The position numbers were made by a program, and so were the translations under genes. This document shows, in pieces, positions 55,401 through 64,000 of a stretch of DNA of 64,000 nt. Origin of the DNA: Tubulanus polymorphus. Taxonomy: Eukaryota; Animalia; Nemertea. Each line of letters starts with the position of its first letter. Within the stretch, counting starts at the first letter, position 1. The DNA lies in assembly GCF_964204645.1 (NCBI RefSeq), contig NC_134025.1:26206299-26270298 (forward strand). Direction: 5' to 3'. The notes under the pieces were generated by a model that searched no databases, had not been told where the DNA came from, and was given only the letters and a program-made list of their open reading frames with translations.

Positions 55401-58400
55401 CATGTCTTCTTCATCGGATGTTGCTGAAAATCCATAAGGACATCTGCACAGGATATTCCAAACGATACGACTTCTCTGGGCATTAGTGAAAAACGTGCTC
55501 TTGTCTTCGATATGGAACCTTTTAAAATAATGATACTCAGTTGAGAGTGAGTTAAATTCTAAATAATTCAATTGTGACTGTTAATCCCTAGTTAGAATTC
55601 AGCAATGGAACTGGGTCCAGATACGTTAAAATGACACTTACAGTTCTTGATTATTCCTGTTGAATGCCATAGTGAAGTAATCTGGGTCATCATGTAAGAA
55701 TCTGTCGCCCAATTCAAATGGGTTCGGGATCTTTTCAAAACAGCTTTTCTGTTGCTGTGCATCTTTCTACAACAGAATACAATTCCGATCGTTAAGCTAC
55801 AAGAATATAGCCTAGTAAGTTAGTCATATAGTTCTTTCCAGTGATGAATAAAAATACATCAGATATTAACAACTAAATGATTAAACATGAATAGCTCGAA
55901 GATTCTACCACTATATGATAGCAAAACGTGTGTTGCGATGATTAGAAAATTTCCTCTATTCTCTCAAACAATTTCCAATCCATTTTACCATGCAACGCAG
56001 TGCAATTTCAATGATGTAGAATAGAAAAAAAAGATAAACAATTGACCGACTACAATTGTGAATAACCTTTCAATCAATCAATAGCCTTGTGAACAATGGA
56101 TAAAATGAGCTAAGCACATTTGAATACATCTGAAAACACTGAAAATTAATAGGCGGAATATATGAATACGGTTCTGTGTATGAACAATATATGACACTTT
56201 TTTAAAAAGATCATTAAGTGAAGCAAGGTGTAAAACTACATGTATATATGGGTTATTTAGTGCCCGTCTCAATATCACCTACCTCTACCCACGACTGAAA
56301 CAGTGCATTAAACTGTGGAACCAAATCTGATGTAATATCCTGAAATGTAATGCCCAGCGTGCTCACGTAATGAAAATAAATCTCCGAAAAAGAAATATAA
56401 TTTCTCGTTAAATGTGCGCGCAGAAAGGAAAATAGAACCTCCAAATATTTTGGCGACAGAATCGTAAAAAATTGATTAATTGTTGTGAAATGAATCCGTA
56501 ACCTTGTGAAGAAACAAGAATTGTTAGTAAATGCTCATGAAAAGAATCTGAATAACTGTACCATAACTTTTTCGAGTTTGACTCTAATATGAGTAAGAAA
56601 GCTAAAGAACTTCGTTTTTTTAGATGGTTCATTTGGAGAAAGTTCCTGTAAAATCCAAGCATGGACGTTTGATGGCATAAGAAGTTTCAAATAAGCTGCA
56701 AAGGCTTGATATATTTAAAGCATTAAACTTGCCTCATAATGCAACAGTGAATCCTGTAATTGAAGGAAATTTGCTTTGCCAATCCGAGGAAAAGTAAAAA
56801 TTCCATGATACAAGGAAATTTCATGAATAAATAAATGTTTCCATCAACGAAAAGAAATTGTTCACTAGGAAAGTTCTCATGATCTAAGAAGCAATAAATA
56901 TTATGAAGCGCACCTCTCTAAACTACTTAAAGCCAGGTGCTTATGAACCAATTAGGAAAAGAAAACTATGGTTCATGAGTGAGTGTGGGTATTCTAGTGG
57001 TACAGATGGAAAAACCTTTCTTCCTTTTGATTAAGTTTCGTACCATGATGCGTAACATAATCAACCTGGCTTTATATTCACAACACCGAAATATTTCCAA
57101 AAGAAACACACATCATTGAAATTAAGAACACAGTGCCCATCCTTTGTGTTTTGTTAAAAAGAATCTTAAAACCAGCACTTCAAGAAATAAGGAATGATGT
57201 CAATGAATTACCTCATTGCTTCCGTGGCCCTGTCAAAAAACATGTCATCAAATACTATGATGTATACTAGTGATATGTAATAATATGAAGCTTCTATTAG
57301 GGGCATAAGTGCAAAGTGCTGTAGGAGGTTGGGGTGACTATCCTATCATCAATATCTGCTGCTACACCCTGATAATATTGACTACCTCAATGGCACCGTA
57401 TTGAGTAGTAGGTTTACTTATTTGACTGCAGGTTTTTGTGGCAGCACACTGAAAATTTGATACAAAATTTCCAAGCATCACAAAAGCAGTTTCGTTATCT
57501 AGTTAGTATCATTCTAAGCTTGCATGTTCATAATTTCATAGCTGAAATGATTTTTTTCTCTTATTCATCTAATGAGAATGTTCTATTTTGCCAGTTTGCA
57601 CAACACAGATACTGGTAATGCTTTTTCGGCATTAAACAACAAAGGGATTGTTTATCAACGGTAAATTAATATGCAGCAGAAATGATTTCTTTTTCCAATC
57701 CAACTCTTTTGTTGAGTATTACAAAACAATACATGTACTACAATCAAGATATATTTTCAAACAACGATTCACAAATATTTTCAGGAGCTTCGTAAATCGA
57801 TCTTAAGACATACCTCAGCCAATGGCATTTTCATTTTCATCAGTTCTGCATGTCTGGTCAATACTTCCCATGTCGCATGCAATTTGACGTAGCATATTTT
57901 ACCATTTTGCGATTTCTGAAAGATGAAGAGCCGGGAAAGTTTGTTAGTTTGTATTTTCGAGAGGCAAACAAATCTTATTGAAAAGAAGAAGTATTAATGA
58001 GCAGCGTTACTAGCACGTTCACAACTAAGATTTTTTTCAGTGAATTTTATGAGCATAGTGTTGCTATATTTACAAGTGATTCATCTAAATAGCTATTTCT
58101 GTGTGAGGATCATCCAGTATTTCAGTAAATCAAGGTTAAACATAAAATCTGAACACTGGTATGTTAGCGGATCCAAAACAGCCGAAATCAAGATTTATAA
58201 ATAGGTACAATCGAATCTCAAACAAATTAAAACTGAATAATTAAACTGGCAACTGATGATAATAATTGCCATTATTACTTGTACATCACCATGGTAACGA
58301 AAAGAAGAGATATGGGAACCACCCTCGCCGACAATGAACAGGTCGATTTTGTCAACATGTTTCCTGGTCTCATATGAAAAGTAATGTTATATGAATGTAA

Positions 58401-61400
58401 TAAAACTATTATCAATAAGATTGGGTGTCACCGATCTGAGCTCCTCGAGTGTGCGTTAAATAGAGAAATATTCAAGTTTCGAGGAAACTGTTATACCTGA
58501 TCCAAGTATTATGAAAGGTACATTGTACTGTTAATAGATTAAACCATGAAAATTGATTAGCTACTTTATTAAAACGATGTCGAATAGTGAATGTTAGTTA
58601 CTACACACAAATTAATCAGACGTGGCAGAGATAATTCATTAATCTATTTACCGTCCACGAACTGATGATAATCTGCTCAAGGAAGAACAAAAAACGTCAT
58701 GCATTTTTTAAATACTTTTATAGGAAAATTAGTAAGGCAATTTTGGCCACACTATAACGAGGCTTATCAGCTTAGAAACACATCTATTTCATTCTGCCAT
58801 GCTGAAATGACTTCATTCATTTATTATGGATAGATGCAAAAATACATTAAGAGGATGTATTTTTGATAGAAGCTAATTCAACTGATGACACATATTTGCT
58901 GCTATAGGCAAACATTTCGAAAACTATTCAGGGTTTGGCAGTATGCCTTCCTGTGTAACGAGGGAGTGAGGGAGTGTTTAGAATCGACGTATACTCATCA
59001 AAGCACTTCTAAACCTAAAGCACAGTCGTTGAGATTTTTCATTTCGCTGATGCTGATAGGAACCTAGTCTGGTGGATATATTTTAGAAAGTGTTTATATC
59101 TGCAGGAATGAAGAGAACTGTAGCTATAGTAGTAGTAATTACATGCTTCTTCCGTTTATTTTCTTTCTGAAAATTGCATAAGAGAAATATACCGGTGGAA
59201 CCCTAGCGAGGTCACTCCTTGTTTCTTTAAAGTTAACATTTTATTGTATATACTCAATTTTGAATAAGATTATGAGATATTCATTTGATTTATGGTTTTT
59301 GTTACGTTTTTTTTTACAAAGAAAGCGATTTTAGTTTAAATTTAACATTCTAAGCTATGGACTGGTTTTCATCAGCGTGTTAGAATCCAGTCGTATTGAT
59401 CCCAATAGACTGTTTCGAATAGAATCCTGTGGTCTAAAACCAGTCCAAATTATACCAGAGCTTTGATGCCATGCACTGAGCTCGGCGATGATAGACGTAG
59501 GCCTACATACCTTTTTCTGGTGCCATTTAAAAAAATCAAATTCATTCAATGTTACATTCGAACAAATTGACGAATAAAAAGAAAAGGAAAAAAGATCAAC
59601 ACAAAATTCAGATCAAATTATGCACCCACTTTTCAAAGAAATGCTATTCTATAAAACGATACATTTAGGTTAAATAAAATGTAAATTTTTTCATGGAACA
59701 CACAAGGAAGACATCAAGTCTACATGAAATCAGTTTTGTCCCTTATCATTTAGAGAATTCAATGGTAACTAAAAATCTAGCACTTTTACCTCCTTTTCTT
59801 CTATTTCCAACTGCAGGCCTTCCTCTTCTAGATTTTTCATGAATATATCTCTTTTGTCCTTCTTCTTGGCATCTTTATCTTTAGTTCCATCGTCGATAAA
59901 CGCCAAGATGTAATCGATCTTTCGAACTCCATCATCGAAGAAACACGTTTCCTTTTTGGAAATTTCCTTCTGCAATTGAATATGAATTTTATGAGCGATA
60001 GAGATAAAAATGAAATAGCTGCCACCACGAAGTAGGGTCAGAAATGAAAGATTCAGTATTTACAGCGATATCTTTGATTGTACATCGCATATGATAAAGC
60101 GAATGCTTTTTTGGAGACAGTACAGGACAGGAGACATAGCCCTATAACAATATAAAGTATGTATGGTGTAGACACATGGAAACAAGTGCACAAGTATATC
60201 AACTATAACACCAGCACAGAAACTGGACTAATTCATGCAAACAATAACCTATTACAGAAAGAATTTCATCATCGATCTACTAACAACTGGTGGAAGTTCA
60301 ATGTTGATTATTCTAAAAGCAATGTGTATATATTCTATCTATTTGAGAGATTCGACAACATGAAAGTGCTTCACCGAGGTGCGGAAAGAACGTGGTGTTA
60401 CCTTAGGTGAATGTCCAGGTGACAGTGGACTCTTCTCATCAGCATGCTACGTATAGAGAGCGGTTTAAAGAAAGTGTCAGTAGCCAAAAGACATGATTTA
60501 CTTCACAGCACGGGACCCAATAGTGATACGTTGTTGCTGTTGTAAATTGTAAAACCTCACAACTTTACACAAAATACTACCACATTTAAATGAAGACATT
60601 TAGTGGAAACATAAAAGTATCATCGCAGCAAAATTTAGCGGTACAAGTGATGTAACAGCGACATCATGTACGGCGAATATACATCATTCTTTTGTATACC
60701 GGTACCTCAGACCAGACATCATATCCAATACGACTCCCTAGAAATGTTTCTTTTTATCAATATGATCAAATCAATCTCCGATGGAGAATGAAAAAAATTA
60801 CCTCAATCAATCTCTTATAGATATTCATTTCAAACATTTCCGGCCACATAGATCCACATCACAGGACAAGGGCCTCATATAACTGAACCACCTGATTGAA
60901 ATGCCGACCTGACCAGAAAATGCTTCAGGAATTTATCATATCATGGGGGCTACTGTCCACAAATAGCGCTAAATGTACATTATACCTAGTATTAATAAGT
61001 GAATAACCATTGACTAAAAATACTGCATGTTCACGCGATTTGTAAGAGGGATGGAAGGTCTTTGACAAATTGAAGCGCAGCTAATGATCGATTCAGATGA
61101 CTAAAGTAGTAGAGATTTATTACACAAGAATCCCTCGACATTCTTTTAGAGACATATACCAAACCATAAAGCATCTTCTACATACAGCAAAGATTTGCAG
61201 CAATCTACTACGCGTTCAAGTATCATATAAGGCATGAAGCGAATAGCTCTGAACGCAATACAAATATTTTTGATTGATGTAGAACAAACCAAGGAATCGC
61301 TTCCCTGGAAAAACCTACCAGCAATGCATCATCACTTTTCAAAGGTTCTGATTCTGAGATTTCGGTCATAATTTTGGTTTGAACGAAGCAAATTATCACC

Positions 61401-63728
61401 GTTGAAATACCGTTACATGTTACAACAGTACGGGTGAATATATGATTGAAAATATACATACTAATAAAATATGAAACAATAAATGAATGTGTGATATCGA
61501 TCTATGGGGAACATCTGTTGATGATTGTACTTCTGGTTTATTTGATGATTAGATCAGCCAAAGTAATGCAACAAGCTAATAACTATCATTAGTCGTGGCT
61601 TTCCTCCAGTTTAATATTACATATTACTGTCGGGTGATATTTTTGTGATGTTAATTTAGCTATTCATCTCAGTAAGTAATTACATATACTACATTAGTAG
61701 GATGTGGACCTTTCGTTAAAATCTATAACGTACGTAAATGTTAGATATTAAGCAGATTGCGGCGTGGTTTTGTATTCACTTACTCGCTTGAGTTCAATTT
61801 CAAATGTATAAACTAACTGAAACATAAAACGTAGCAAGTTCTGAAAACTGCGCAGTCTGAACGCGATCGACCGAGGTATCGAATACTCAAACAAAAAAAG
61901 AACTGAGGAACCAACACCATTAATCAAAAAAGTAAATGAAACACCTTCCCAAAAACCAGCCGAGGCATTCTGAGGAACAATAAGGTTTTACATACTATAA
62001 CACTTATGCAAGCAAGGGGTATTCTCTAAGGTTCCATGCCTTAAAAATCAAATAAATATTTTAGACACTTATTGTATAGAAGGATCACCCTAGAGTAATG
62101 ATTCATCATGTATACTGATTATTATTTGTCAATGAATAATACAACAGGTCTTATTCAAATGCATGCCATGTTAGGAACATTGACTACTACATAATTTCAT
62201 GTAGTAATTAAATGTACTACCAGTACACTAATACTGTAGTATGTTAGAACTCAACTTAGCAGGACTCTCCAAGCGATTCTTAATGCTTAGTCACTCTTCT
62301 CATAAACAACAAAGCCCTGGATTCCTATCTTTGTTTTGCTCAGAATAATATTAGAAAGATATTTGGTCTTATACAAATGTTACACCAGGGGCTAGTTACA
62401 CGAAAACTAGCTATCCTTCATTGAACTAAAAAATGTTTAACTAGGGCCTAACTGAAAATTATCCCGAGTTTCATTGTTTATATAGGCCTACATGATGGGC
62501 CGAATCTTTTAATCAACGTAATTTTTTTTCAAAATACTCAAATTATCATTCATAATTATTTCCAAAGATAAATACATGCGAAGTACACGGCTAATACAAG
62601 ATACAAATATCATATGTATGAATAATTGTAATTCCAAAAATGCGAAAATTCTAAAAAATTCTATAAAAAATACAAAGAAAGGGCAACAGACTTATATTGC
62701 TGACTTGCAAAAGTATCTAACAAGCTTAAATAGGCTGGTTACCTTTTTTGTACCATTGACAGGAGACTGAAAAAGAGTATTGCTATGTTAATTGCCAAAG
62801 GGCAGGTCAACATTTATATTTTGTCCGTATTTGTTAAGAGCTACCTAGTTCATACCACTATAACAGCTTGTAAACATTTTCTGGATAATCCAAAGTGCAT
62901 ACATATCAAGCTGCACAAACACTAATAAATGAACAATTTTCATTTTCATTACCTGATTATCATCACCATCTTCAGCTTGCATATCCCCAGCATTATCTTC
63001 TTGATCGCCACCTGAATGGAATGTTTTATAACCCTTCAATTTGTTTCGATTCATTTTCGCATATATATTCTCTGACGGTGTAGAAAAATATGTTATCCGA
63101 ATTGTTCTTCAATCTATGTTAATACTGTTACGACTGATATTCATCTTAACCCAGTTTACTCTTCTGTACAATATTTGTTCAACTGTTTGTCGCAAGACGA
63201 TTTTTCATAGCTGTTAAGTATGGCAATATATATATATACACTTCACGGCAGATTAGTTCAGGGCTTATAGGGCAAGCACTCAGCCATAATGAACTAAACA
63301 GGGCAAGTAGTGGTCAAAAATAACTATTTTATGAAATCCATACAATAATCATGAATTACTCAGCCATGAGACTGAACACTTGGGTGCATATGTACTAAGT
63401 TTTATATCTGATATTGTAAACATTTCAGACTAAATACAATATAAAAACTTAACCATATTTTTCTTTTATTGATCAATTCATTTTAATCTAAAATGAATGT
63501 ACTTGAATGGATCATTACCTGCAGCAGGGGTGTGAGCCTCCAATCCAATGGGGGCAGCACCATCATTGCCCAGGGGCTCAGGTTCGGTTTGACCCTCTAA
63601 ACCAATAGGTGCGGCTCCATTGCTAGGGGGCTCTGGCTGAGATTGACCTTCGAATCCGATAGGTGCGGTTCCACCGGGCTGCTGATTCTCCAAATTTGGA
63701 TAAAGTGGATTAGCTAATCGTTCAAATC
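49421..63728 (-). CDS. Anoctamin (TMEM16) Ca2+-activated channel/scramblase, ANO1-7-type; 5' end extends beyond the window
   Basis: Exons encode [14 protein letters not shown] (59969-59790), [72 protein letters not shown] (53424-53313), [14 protein letters not shown] (51493-51397), [19 protein letters not shown] and IPDVP. Final exon 49471-49421 ([16 protein letters not shown]). Confidence 0.95.
50830..51050. repeat. TE-derived repeat in an anoctamin intron, related to 1331-1420
   Basis: Internal ttctaaatt/gtccgtt subrepeats and ttcacac ... gtgtgaa inverted ends. Confidence 0.55.
51707..51761 (-). CDS. Anoctamin mutually exclusive exon C (55 nt): (R)[18 protein letters not shown]
   Basis: ttttaacag|A...GAAGAG|gtgaat, phase 2 to 0; closest to the recalled vertebrate FVGRPGDY. 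Confidence 0.88.
52497..52551 (-). CDS. Anoctamin mutually exclusive exon B (55 nt): (R)[18 protein letters not shown]
   Basis: tttacacag|A...GAAGAG|gtatcc, phase 2 to 0. Confidence 0.85.
53147..53198 (-). CDS. Anoctamin mutually exclusive exon A (52 nt): (R)[17 protein letters not shown]
   Basis: ctgcag|A...GAAGAG|gtagat, phase 2 to 0. Confidence 0.85.
63519..63728 (-). repeat. Anoctamin N-terminal exon (210 nt, phase 1-1) with three APIG[F/L]E peptide repeats
   Basis: Translation [70 protein letters not shown]; ttctag acceptor and gtaatg donor. Confidence 0.75.
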
Positions 63729-64000
63729 CTAGAATTCACACAGAAATAAAAGGTCATCATTTCAATGTCACAGTCCAAAATCTGTTTATTGAATTATTAT
63801 AATTAGATCAATCGAGACAAATATATTCCAGGGGTCTGGGCAATGTTTGGGCCGAATACCGTTCTATACAACACAGTTAACAACAAAGTTCCGAGACCAA
63901 GGTTGCAGGGGCCTCACTTCACCAAGAATCTTAGTGTCTGATGTACCACAGACACTAAGATGCGAACAACATTTTCTCGATACTTTTAGATCACTGCAGC

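Overview
AT-rich, intron-dense animal genomic DNA (invertebrate, probably lophotrochozoan; taxon is an inference). Most introns are 60-100 nt and GT-AG. Genes reconstructed by hand: (1) the 3' end of ASCC3 (+, 3957-6410), whose >3.9 kb upstream intron hosts an antisense gene for a signal-peptide-less mucin-stalk/TM/tyrosine-motif protein (-, 3295-1671); (2) SH3BGRL3-like (-, 11630-8591), missed by the ORF track, with a Helentron/HINE-like element in intron 1; (3) a complete VPS13A/C-like gene (+, 17651-42078) with candidate microexons and cassette exons, two of them affecting FFAT-like motifs; (4) a single-coding-exon ankyrin protein ending in CaaX (-, 47112-45988); (5) a 5'-partial anoctamin/TMEM16 gene (-, 63728-49421). 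The strongest novel signal is in the anoctamin: three tandem homologous exons that the reading frame forces to be mutually exclusive and that encode the TM5-TM6 outer-pore loop. The same gene has candidate alternative first exons and microexons. Several short MITEs and simple repeats are present. All exon calls come from reading splice signals and frames by eye, with no expression data.
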